DNA from: Alphaproteobacteria bacterium
Lineage (GTDB): Bacteria; Pseudomonadota; Alphaproteobacteria; UBA828
Length of the DNA: 64,000 bases
Assembly: GCA_965221125.1 (NCBI GenBank)
Contig: CBDCRW010000007.1
Span: 480,001 to 544,000 of the forward strand
Direction of reading: 5' to 3'
Positions 50,321 through 60,089 of the stretch are shown in pieces (within the stretch, counting starts at the first letter, position 1; each line of letters opens with the position of its first letter). The translations under genes were made by a program, and so were the position numbers. Below the pieces are notes generated by a model. The model had not been told where the DNA came from and searched no databases. It worked only from the letters and a program-made list of their open reading frames with translations.

Positions 50321-51600
50321 GCGCCCATCAGGTCGCGCCACGCCTCGTGCTGGGCGCGCTGGCCGATCTCGCTGGAGCGCGGGCCGAAGAGGACGCCACT
50401 GCCCTCGTCGATCTCGGCGCCGAGGCCGCGGGCGACGAGCACCCAGTCGGTGCCTTGCGCCGTGAGCCCCTCCTGGCAGCGCTCGAACGCCTCCATGTCG
50501 TCGGACTGGATGAAGGAGGCGGCGGCATGCGTCATGTTCACGAAGCGCACGAGGTCGTCGGAGATGCTCGCGGGCGCGCCCATGAGGCGGACCGGCCAGA
50601 CCTCGACCTTGGTGAAGTCCACCGCGACCGGGCGGATCACGCGCACGGAGGTCTGCGCCAGCAGGATGTCGGAGCTTGGGAAGAAGGTCATGCTGTGGCG
50701 GCGGTTCTTCAGGATGTCGGCCGTGCGCTCCTCGCCGTAGCGGGCCACCATGATGGCGCGGTAGTCGTCCCAGTGGCCGCCGGACTGCTCCTTGTCGAAG
50801 AGCGACGCCTCGGAGCTGTGGCGGTTGTTGAGGCCGCGCACGCCGGTCTGGGCGACGATGGCCTCGCCGTTCGGCGCGAAGAACGCGGCATCGCCGCCTT
50901 CGTCGCCGGCGCGGCGCTTGAACTGGCGGCCGTCGGGGCCGACGGTGGACGCGTGGCAGGCGGCGGGGTGGTACATGTCCGCCAGGTTCTCGAGCTGGAG
51001 CTTCCAGTTGCCGCGGTAGTGGTAGCGGTGGCAGCCGGCGCTGAGCGCCACCTCGCCCTCCGGCGAGCGGTCCACCAGCTCGTCGATGCCGCGCCGGGCT
51101 TCGGCCAGCCAGTCGAGCAGGGGCTCGGCGTCCGCGTTGAAGGAGGCGAAGACGAAGCCGCGGTAGCTCTCGGTCCGGGGCAGCCGCGCCATGCCGAACT
51201 GCGGGTCCGCGAGCGGCTCCTCCGGAAAATCCTTGCGCATGGGCACGCCGGCGAGCGCACCGTTCGGCCGGAAGCTCCAGCCGTGATACATGCAGGTGAA
51301 GACCTTGGCGTTGCCGCGCTCGGCGTTGAGCACCTTGGCGCCGCGGTGGCCGCAGCGGTTGAAGAGCACGCAGATGCCGTCGTCCTTGTGGCGGCTCAGC
51401 ACCACCGGCTGGCGCGCGAGGTGGGTGCAGTAGAAGTCGCCGGGGTTCGGCACCAGGCTCTCGTGGCCGACGTAGAGCCAGACCCGGCGAAAAATCTTCT
51501 CCATCTCGATCTCGAAGATCGCCGGGTCGGTGTAGATGGCGCGGTGCACCCGGTCGGGCTGCACCATCTCCCGCAACTCGTCGCGCGTGTAGCCGGCCAT
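50317..51600 (-). CDS. Rieske ring-hydroxylating oxygenase alpha subunit
   Basis: NRCGHRG...CMYHGW Rieske motif; EN..DMYH...CH and DD.EAFE mononuclear Fe ligands. Confidence 0.94.
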   Translation of the reverse strand: MAGYTRDELREMVQPDRVHRAIYTDPAIFEIEMEKIFRRVWLYVGHESLVPNPGDFYCTHLARQPVVLSRHKDDGICVLFNRCGHRGAKVLNAERGNAKVFTCMYHGWSFRPNGALAGVPMRKDFPEEPLADPQFGMARLPRTESYRGFVFASFNADAEPLLDWLAEARRGIDELVDRSPEGEVALSAGCHRYHYRGNWKLQLENLADMYHPAACHASTVGPDGRQFKRRAGDEGGDAAFFAPNGEAIVAQTGVRGLNNRHSSEASLFDKEQSGGHWDDYRAIMVARYGEERTADILKNRRHSMTFFPSSDILLAQTSVRVIRPVAVDFTKVEVWPVRLMGAPASISDDLVRFVNMTHAAASFIQSDDMEAFERCQEGLTAQGTDWVLVARGLGAEIDEGSGVLFGPRSSEIGQRAQHEAWRDLMGA

Positions 51601-51959
51601 CGCTCCCTCCGCCCGGTACGGACGCAGGAGCATCTTAGACCGGGCGTGGCCTTGCCGGGAGTCGCTCGTGGGCGCCGTCGAGCCCGGTGGTGCTGCCGAT
51701 GGCGCGCCAGGGAGACCTGAGCGTCATAGTAGCTGACGACGGTGAAGGTAATGCCGGGGTCGTAATCGCGCGAACACGTGCAGACAATACTGCGCGTGAT
51801 GCTGTCCTTCGAATCGTTGCAGGACCCCCCGGACTGCGCGCAATGGTGTCGACCCGGTGAACGCACGACCCCTCCGGCCCGTGCCTGGCATGACCGCTAG
51901 TCGCCACATGACTGTTTAAAGAAGTCTGATGCTATCGGTGAATACTGTACGAAACAGAC

Positions 51960-51990
51960 TTGACGGCAGCCGACAGAAGTTCGATAGTAT
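51960..51990 (+). promoter_or_regulatory. Putative sigma70 promoter
   Basis: TTGACG (51960-51965) then GATAGTAT (51983-51990). Confidence 0.5.
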
Positions 51991-51993
51991 AGG

Positions 51994-52180
51994 TGCCAGT
52001 ATCTTTCGGGCATCCCGCTGAGTCGGGTCGCCCGCTGAATAGAACAGCCTGATTCCGGGTCACGGTAGCTCCTTGGCCCCAGGTGAATAGGCGGGGAGTT
52101 TCTCTTAAAATTTCCTGAGAGATACTGGCAAGGCCCGACGCCAGGTCGGGCCAATGCCACTATACCGAGCGGGATGGAGG
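51994..52180 (+). ncRNA. Candidate structured cis-regulatory leader RNA, family not recognised
   Basis: 17-bp enclosing helix, internal hairpins, alternative pairing that reaches the SD (see findings). Confidence 0.55.
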
Positions 52181-52187
52181 AACTAAA

Positions 52188-52700
52188 ATGCGAACCCCTA
52201 AAAAAGTCTCAGCGGCCGTCTTGTCAGCAGCGGCCCTCGGCCTTGCCGTGATGGCATGCCAGCCGCAAGGCATGCCTGCCGCGACCGACGCGACGGAAGC
52301 CGAAGTCGAGACCGCGCCCAGTGCTGAAGCCTCGGCTACCGCCGAATCTGCCGGAGTAATGACCGCAGCCGAGATCGCCGATCTATTCGCCGGAAACACC
52401 ATTATTGGTGTTCTGGACGCGTGGAAACTGCGCTGGGCCGAGTTCTTTTCCCCTGACGGAACCTCGAAGGCATTGCTGAGGTTCGAGGGCCAGGCGGATA
52501 TGCGGATTGTCGGGAAATACTACGCAAACGATCAGGACCAATTCTGTACTTTTTACCCGGAGCTGCCCGATCAGAAAGAGTTCTGCCATGGTGTGGTGCC
52601 GTTGGGTGATGGAACGTACCAGCAGGTCTATGCTGACGGCACAAGAGGCGGAATTTACATGCAAATTCTGGAAGGCGAGCAACTCGAAGCGCTCGAATAA
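52188..52700 (+). CDS. Orphan lipoprotein
   Basis: GGAGG RBS, lipobox-like LAVMA-C, A/E/T-rich linker, small domain MTAAEIADLFAGNTI...EFFSPDG with two Cys. Confidence 0.8.
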   Translation: MRTPKKVSAAVLSAAALGLAVMACQPQGMPAATDATEAEVETAPSAEASATAESAGVMTAAEIADLFAGNTIIGVLDAWKLRWAEFFSPDGTSKALLRFEGQADMRIVGKYYANDQDQFCTFYPELPDQKEFCHGVVPLGDGTYQQVYADGTRGGIYMQILEGEQLEALE

Positions 52701-52756
52701 TCCCTCCACAATTCGCTTGCACGAGCGGATTATGGGCGGAGGCGGAGTATTGTGAG

Positions 52757-52790
52757 GGATTGGGCAGGCTCCAAGGAACCTGCCCAATCC
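52757..52790. terminator. 12-bp perfect hairpin downstream of the lipoprotein gene
   Basis: GGATTGGGCAGG-N10-CCTGCCCAATCC; no U-tract. Confidence 0.45.
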
Positions 52791-53227
52791 GACGGAGTCT
52801 AGGCCGGCCATGCGCTGGATTCGCGATCCGAGTTTTCGGACTGCTGAAACCGGCCGATGAGCTGCTACGCCCTGACCGGCGTCGGATGAGGCACGATCGA
52901 ACCCTTGCCGTTCAATGAGGCCGGAGCACGGGTCGAACGGCGAAGAGGACGTGTTGCCGACACCTGTGCTTCCTGACGGACCCGCCGGTCACGGTACGCG
53001 TTCAGCGTTGGCAGAATGTGCAACCGGCGTGACTGTGGGATTGCTGGGATAGCAAGCACGACCGGCGACACTTGGCACCTGCGGCACCCCCATGCTTCGG
53101 TTGTTTATTGGCGTCTGCCCAATGTTCGGGACGGACGGCACCGGGGTGCGCACGCCGGCACGGCGGCAGCTTCGGCGATTGGAGGCGACCCGTTCGATCT
53201 CGGGACCGTGCGCCAGGGGCAACTGGC

Positions 53228-54883
53228 CTAGTCCAGTTGCGGCCCGGTGGCCCGGCGGGCGTCGGCGAAGGTGTCGGCGAGGCGGTGGGCGGCGCGGTAG
53301 GCCAATGCGGAGATCGTGCTGGTCGGGTTGATGGCGGCGCCGGTCGCCATGACGCTGCCGTCGGTGATGTAGAGGTTGGGGCAGTCCCAGGCCTGGTGCC
53401 ACTTGGTGACGACCGAGTCCTCGGGATCGGCGCCCATGCGCGCGGTGCCGAGCAGGTGCCAGGCGGGGGGCGCGTAGACGCCGCCCGCATCGCGGAAGGG
53501 GTTGACCTTGACGTCCCAGGCGTCCATCGCGTTCGCCAGCTCCACGGCGCGGTCGATGCCGAAGCGGGCGAGGCGGGCATCGTTCTCGCACATGCCGTAA
53601 GCGATGCGGGGCGCCGGCAGCCCCGACGAATCGACCACGCTGTCGGAGAGTGTCACGCGGTTATCAGACCGGGGCAGGTCGTCGCCCACGACGAGGATGC
53701 CGATGCCGTGGCCGAAATGGCGGGCGAACCACGCATGGTGCGCCGCGCCCCAGGGCGCGACGTTGCCGGAGTGCGAACCCAAAGCCTGATAGCCCGCGCC
53801 GTTCTGGCGCACGACGTGGAGCGTGAAGCCGTTGACGAAACCGCGGGCAGTGTCGCTCTCCGCGAACTCCTCGCAGATGGCGATGGCGGAGATCAGGCCC
53901 TTGTGCGATTCGGTCGGCGCATCGACCCAGCACTCCACCATGCCGAGGGTGTGGTGCATGAGGTTGCGGCCCACCTGGTCGGAGCGGTTGGCGAGCCCGT
54001 TCGGATGCGCCGTGCTCTCCGACAGCAGCAGCAGGCGCGGCGTGCCGACGCCGTTGGCGGCGAGGATCACGACGTCCGCGGTCTGGCGGTGGCGCACGCC
54101 GGTGTTGCGCTCGACATAGACGACGCCAGTGGCGCGGCCTGCGGCATCGGTCTCGATGCGCTCGACCCGGCTGTCGGTGCGCAGCTCGACGCCCGCCGCG
54201 AGCGCCTTCGGCCAGTGCGTCACGGCCATGTCGTTGAGCGAGCCGCGCGGGCAGCCGCTCTGGCAGGCGCCGCAGTTGTTGCAGGCGAGGCGGCCGTCGT
54301 AGCCCTCGCCCAGGATGGCGCAGGGCATGGGCCACCAGTGCCAGCCGAGCGCATCGAACCCCCGCGTCACGACCGCGCCCATGGCGCCAGGCGCGCAGGG
54401 GCGGGTCTGGAAGGGGCCGCGCGGCGGCATGGCGGGATCGCCCGCCCAGCCGGAGACGCCGCAGGCCTCGTCCGCCATCTCGAAGTAGGGCGCGAGGTCC
54501 TCGTAGGTGATCGGCCAGTCGGGTGCCAGGCCGTGCTCGGTGCCCTTGCGGAAATCGGACGGGCGGTAGCGCGGCCATGTGGCGGTGTAGATGCCGGTGG
54601 AGCCGCCGACGCCGTTCCACATGAGCGTGGTCTCGTCGGTGCTGTCCACCGGGTAGTCGTGCGGCTGCGCGCGCACGTTGACGGCGATGGACCAGTCGGT
54701 GGCGCGGCGCCATTCCCAGTCGCGGCCGTGATGGGGGCGCTCGCCCGGCGGGAACCATGGGCCCTGCTCCAGGCAGACGACCCTGATGCCCCTCCGCGCT
54801 AGCACCAGGGCCGGAATGACGCCGCCAGGGCCGGAGCCGACGATGACGACGTCGGCGTGGTCGTGGGAGGTGCGCTCTGCCAC
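53228..54883 (-). CDS. GMC family FAD oxidoreductase
   Basis: VGSGPGG, GVGGST, CNNCGACQSGCP, HLLGTARMG, NPTSTISALA. Confidence 0.93.
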   Translation of the reverse strand: MAERTSHDHADVVIVGSGPGGVIPALVLARRGIRVVCLEQGPWFPPGERPHHGRDWEWRRATDWSIAVNVRAQPHDYPVDSTDETTLMWNGVGGSTGIYTATWPRYRPSDFRKGTEHGLAPDWPITYEDLAPYFEMADEACGVSGWAGDPAMPPRGPFQTRPCAPGAMGAVVTRGFDALGWHWWPMPCAILGEGYDGRLACNNCGACQSGCPRGSLNDMAVTHWPKALAAGVELRTDSRVERIETDAAGRATGVVYVERNTGVRHRQTADVVILAANGVGTPRLLLLSESTAHPNGLANRSDQVGRNLMHHTLGMVECWVDAPTESHKGLISAIAICEEFAESDTARGFVNGFTLHVVRQNGAGYQALGSHSGNVAPWGAAHHAWFARHFGHGIGILVVGDDLPRSDNRVTLSDSVVDSSGLPAPRIAYGMCENDARLARFGIDRAVELANAMDAWDVKVNPFRDAGGVYAPPAWHLLGTARMGADPEDSVVTKWHQAWDCPNLYITDGSVMATGAAINPTSTISALAYRAAHRLADTFADARRATGPQLD

Positions 54884-54895
54884 GGCGGACTTGCC

Positions 54896-55975
<1,080 letters not shown>

Positions 55976-55984
55976 GATCCGCCC

Positions 55985-56572
55985 CTAGGTCCCGCCGGCC
56001 GGGCGGCTGCCCGCGCCCCTGGCGATGGCGCCGCGGCCGGTCGCCACCGCGTCGTCCTCCGATACCGTCTCCGGCGCCAGCGGATCGGCCGGCAGCGGCG
56101 CGAGGTCGAGGCGGGCCACGTCCCCCGTCCGCACGTAGTGGCCGCGCCGGTGCGCGGGCGCCTGCAGGGGATCGCCCTCGTCGAAGGGGGCCATGACGTA
56201 GCCCGCGGGCTGCGGCGCGTCGTTGTAGACGTGGCCGAGGGCGCGGACGGCGCGCACCACGGCGGGGCTCTCGTAGTAGGCGAGGTAGGCGATCGTCCGA
56301 AGCGTCTCGAACTGCTCCGGGTGATCCGCCTCGAAGCGGCGGACGACCGCCTGCCGCTCCGCCGCGCTCAAGGGGCCGAGCGGGCCGCCGCACGCCGCGA
56401 GCGCGCGGGCCAGATCGTCCAGCGCGTCCTCGCCCGCCTGCGCCACCAGTCGGTCCGCCACCAGGCCGTGGGTGCCGGCGTCGCTCGCGGGCGGAAAGCG
56501 CCCGTCGCCCGGCAGCAGCACGTCCACCAGCGCCTTGAGCATGGCCGCGATTTCGGCGGGTTCCATCGCCAT
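55985..56572 (-). CDS. Gluconate 2-dehydrogenase subunit 3-like partner protein
   Basis: LVDVLLPGD..FP.AS, L...ERQAVV..FE, F..LR...Y.AYY; adjacent to the GMC gene. Confidence 0.65.
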   Translation of the reverse strand: MAMEPAEIAAMLKALVDVLLPGDGRFPPASDAGTHGLVADRLVAQAGEDALDDLARALAACGGPLGPLSAAERQAVVRRFEADHPEQFETLRTIAYLAYYESPAVVRAVRALGHVYNDAPQPAGYVMAPFDEGDPLQAPAHRRGHYVRTGDVARLDLAPLPADPLAPETVSEDDAVATGRGAIARGAGSRPAGGT

Positions 56573-56574
56573 CG

Positions 56575-57441
56575 CTATCTCGTGCTCCCTGCCGTCAGCC
56601 CGCGGATGAGCCAGCGCTGGAAAAACATCGCCAGCAGGTAGACCGGCACGATGCCGATGAGGGACGCGACCGACATCTGGCCGTAGCGAAGCTGCCGGTC
56701 CCCCTGGTAGAGCGAGAGGCCGACCGGCAGCGTCTGCGTGCTCTCGCTCCGGGTGAGGAACGAGGCCAGCAGGAACTCGTTGTAGGCGAGGATCAGGCAG
56801 ATGATCCCGGTGCTGATGATGCCGGGCATGAGCAGCGGCACGGTGATGCGGAAGAGCACTGAGCCGTAGCCCGCGCCGTCGATGCGGGCTGCGTCCTCCA
56901 GCTCCTCCGGCAGGCGGCGGACGAAGCTCGAGAGCAGCCAGAAGGCGACGGGCAGGTTCATCACGCCGTAGACCAGCGCCAGGCCGAAAAGCGTGTTCAC
57001 CAGCCCGATGGAACGCAGCAGGAAGAAGAGGGGAAAGAGCGCCACGATGGGCGGCGCCACGTATGTGGCCAGGATGAAGGCCGGCAGGAACTTGCCGCCG
57101 ACGCGGTAGCGCACGATGGCGTGGGTCGCGGGCACGGCGATGACGAGGGTCACCAGCGCGCCGAGCGCGGCGGCGACGATGGAGTTGCGCAGGTACGTAC
57201 CGACGGCGACGGAGTTCCACGCATCCGGGTAGTTCTGCCAGAACCACTCCTGCGGGATGAAGCCGCCGCTCGCGATGTCGGGCTGCGTCTTCAGGGAGAC
57301 CATGAACATGAAGATCATGGGGAAGATGAAGAAGAGGACGACCGCCGCGGTCCCCGCCCAGCGCGCGAGCGTCCAGAGGTCGACCGGCGCGTCGGAGAGC
57401 CAGGTGCCGCCGTCGAACTTTCTGACCCGGGTGGCGGTCAC
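56575..57441 (-). CDS. Carbohydrate ABC permease (MalG-like)
   Basis: LP.ELEDAARIDGA, YNEFL, TLPVGL; GTG start overlaps the upstream stop. Confidence 0.92.
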   Translation of the reverse strand: MTATRVRKFDGGTWLSDAPVDLWTLARWAGTAAVVLFFIFPMIFMFMVSLKTQPDIASGGFIPQEWFWQNYPDAWNSVAVGTYLRNSIVAAALGALVTLVIAVPATHAIVRYRVGGKFLPAFILATYVAPPIVALFPLFFLLRSIGLVNTLFGLALVYGVMNLPVAFWLLSSFVRRLPEELEDAARIDGAGYGSVLFRITVPLLMPGIISTGIICLILAYNEFLLASFLTRSESTQTLPVGLSLYQGDRQLRYGQMSVASLIGIVPVYLLAMFFQRWLIRGLTAGSTR

Positions 57442-58394
57442 GTGAGCCTCTTCTCGGCGACGTCGTGGGCCGTGGTGAAGGGGATGGTGACGAGGCCGAC
57501 CACCACCGCGAACATCAACGTCTGCGCCGCCGCCGCGCCGATGTCGAACTGCTGGATCGCCACCCGGTAGATGTAGAAGCTCGAGACGGTCGTGGCCTGC
57601 CCCGGCCCGCCGCCGGTCAGCACGAAGACGAGGTCGAAGACCTTGAAGGCGATGACGAGCTTGAGCACCGCGATGGCGAGCAGCGCCGGAGCCAGCATGG
57701 GGAGCGTGATGGACCAGAACATGGCAAGCCCCGAGGCGCCGTCGAGCTTGGCCGCCTCGTAGATGTCCTCCGGCAGGGTTTGCAGCGCCGCATAGGTCAT
57801 CAGCGCGATGAAGGGCGTCCACTGCCACACGTCCGCGAGGCACACGAACGGAAACGCCATGGTGGGCGAGCCCAGGAAACTCACGGGCTGGCTGAAGAGC
57901 GCCATGTCCATGAGGAAGCTGTTGAGCCAGCCGCCCTTGGGCATGAGCAGGAGCTGCCACATCACGGCGACGGTGATCGGCGGCGTCATCAGCGGCAGGA
58001 GGATCAGCGTGCGCAGGATCTGCCCGCCCTTCACCGCGCGGTCGAGGAGAAGGGCGACGACGACGCCGAGGACGAACGACGCCGCCGTGGTCATCAGCGC
58101 GAAGATGATGGAGCGGAGCAGGGATTTGGTGAACTTCGCCTGCCCGATGGAGTCCGTGTAGTTGTCTGTGCCCACCCAGCCGCGGAACAGCGTACCTAGG
58201 TTGGAATCGGAGAAGGAGAGGAAGATCAGGTAGATGAGCGGATAGACGGCGAAGACGATCAGGCCGCCGATGAGCGGCATGACCACCGCCCAGCCGATCA
58301 GCCTGCGCCGGTCGAGCGAGAGCAGGCGGTCCCAGCGCCCGGCTGCGTGCGAGCCTTCGAGCGTGCGCTGCGGCGCGGAGTCCAGCTCAGCCAT
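57438..58394 (-). CDS. Carbohydrate ABC permease (MalF-like)
   Basis: DVWQWTPF, YEAAKLDGA, FKVFD.VFVLTGGGPG. Confidence 0.93.
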   Translation of the reverse strand: MAELDSAPQRTLEGSHAAGRWDRLLSLDRRRLIGWAVVMPLIGGLIVFAVYPLIYLIFLSFSDSNLGTLFRGWVGTDNYTDSIGQAKFTKSLLRSIIFALMTTAASFVLGVVVALLLDRAVKGGQILRTLILLPLMTPPITVAVMWQLLLMPKGGWLNSFLMDMALFSQPVSFLGSPTMAFPFVCLADVWQWTPFIALMTYAALQTLPEDIYEAAKLDGASGLAMFWSITLPMLAPALLAIAVLKLVIAFKVFDLVFVLTGGGPGQATTVSSFYIYRVAIQQFDIGAAAAQTLMFAVVVGLVTIPFTTAHDVAEKRLT

Positions 58395-58464
58395 GACGGC
58401 AAGGGAGGGCGGCCGCCGCCAGGGTGCCCCCCGTGCGCGCGGCCGCCCGGCCCAAGGCTATGCT

Positions 58465-59796
58465 CTAGCTAAGGATGTCCTCCCAGGAGGCCTGGGCATC
58501 GGCCATGGCCTGCTCGGCGGTCTTGTCGCCGGCCATCATCAGGCCGAGCTCGTCAGTGAGCGACTGCATGAGCTTGGGCGATTCCGGCTTGGTCGGCCAC
58601 GGGAAGGCGTCGTCGATGGCCTGCTCCACGGCGTCCGCTTGCAGCGGCGCGAAGTCGCGGTAGGCCGGCATCGCCGAGCGCCGGGTCGGGTCCACGCCGG
58701 TCGTGTTGTCGGTGAGCACGCGGACATGAAAATCCTTGCTCGACGACATGCGCACGAACTCCCACGCCATCTCGGGATTGTGCGAGCCCGTCGAGACGCC
58801 GAAGGACCAGCCCGCGTTCATCGCCGGCCGGTTGACCGTGTTGCTGCCGGCCACCGGCATGGGCACGACGCCCCACTTGTCGACGATCTGGCTCTGGTTC
58901 GCGTCCTGCGCCCAGGTGCCGAGGTCGGTCCAGAACTCGATCATGGCCGCACCCCCGCTCAGGAACACGGGGATCGAGTTGCCGAACTCGGTCTCGAGCG
59001 GCGTCGGCACCGCAGACGGGCCGGCGTCCAGCATGGTCTGCGCGGCGCCGATGGCGGCATCGCTGGTGAGCGCCGGCGCGCCGTCGGCATCGAGGAAGTC
59101 GCCGCCGTAGCCGCCCAGCCTGTTCGCGTAGGTCGAGCAGAGGATGATCGGGAACTGCTTGCACATGAGCAGCGCGCCGTAGACGCCGTTGGCGGATTCC
59201 GCGTCCGTCACCGCCTTGGCGACCGCGTTGTACTCGTCCCACGTGGCCGGCGGCGCGAGGCCGTTCCGGTCCAGGATCTCCTTGTTGTAGAAGAGGACGT
59301 GCGTGTCGCCGTCGTAGGGCAGGCCGTAGCGGCGCCCGTCCACCAGGGTATACGAGTCGTAGAGCGCGCCCAGGAAGTCGACCGGGTCGATGTCGGCCTC
59401 CTCGGCCGCGATGCGGTCGGTGATGTCGGCGAGCACGCCGTCGCGCACCAGCGCTTCCTTGTCGACGTACCAGTACTGGAAGACGTCGATCTCATTGGTG
59501 CCGGACATCACGTCGAGCGTCGATTGCGCCGTGATCTGGTCGTAGGGGACCTTCACGCCTTCGACCGTGGCGCCGGTGAGCGCGTTGAAGCCCTCCGACA
59601 GCGGCTTGATGGAGCCCGCGTGCGGGTTGATGATCATGAAGCGCAGGGTCTCGCCAGACCAGTCCGACGCCTGAGCGCGCCCCGCGAAGGCGCCCGAGCC
59701 TGCGGCGGTCAGCGCGGCAGCGCCCGCCGCCGAGCCTTTCAGGAACGTCCGCCGCGAGAGCGGGCCGCCGAATCTGAACTTTCCGTGGTCGGTCAT
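58465..59796 (-). CDS. Tat-exported sugar ABC substrate-binding protein
   Basis: SRRTFLKG, YGLPYDGD...LFYNK, PP.TWDE. Confidence 0.92.
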   Translation of the reverse strand: MTDHGKFRFGGPLSRRTFLKGSAAGAAALTAAGSGAFAGRAQASDWSGETLRFMIINPHAGSIKPLSEGFNALTGATVEGVKVPYDQITAQSTLDVMSGTNEIDVFQYWYVDKEALVRDGVLADITDRIAAEEADIDPVDFLGALYDSYTLVDGRRYGLPYDGDTHVLFYNKEILDRNGLAPPATWDEYNAVAKAVTDAESANGVYGALLMCKQFPIILCSTYANRLGGYGGDFLDADGAPALTSDAAIGAAQTMLDAGPSAVPTPLETEFGNSIPVFLSGGAAMIEFWTDLGTWAQDANQSQIVDKWGVVPMPVAGSNTVNRPAMNAGWSFGVSTGSHNPEMAWEFVRMSSSKDFHVRVLTDNTTGVDPTRRSAMPAYRDFAPLQADAVEQAIDDAFPWPTKPESPKLMQSLTDELGLMMAGDKTAEQAMADAQASWEDILS

Positions 59797-60089
59797 CGAG
59801 TAATTCCTTCTTTCAGGCTGACTTGAGACACGCCGATTGGCGGCGTGTCGACCTTGCGTCCTGAATAGGGGAAGCGTGCCGTGCCAGCAACTCAAAACGT
59901 CGGGAATCGCTGGCTATGCGCTTGCGGCATATGCGGTTGTGCTCGCTGACCGGCCGGCGGAGCGTCGATGGCTCCTGCCGCGGGCGCTTCCGGGTCATGA
60001 GCCAGTTGGGCTATCCTTACGAGTTGGCGTGCATTTCGCGCCCGATGCCGGCGCGCACGGCGTCGAAATCAGCACCGGGACGGTGATCG

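Noticed and set aside
51994-52130. Retron msr-msd (inverted repeats enclosing hairpins)
   Set aside because: No reverse transcriptase in the window; the downstream gene is a lipoprotein.
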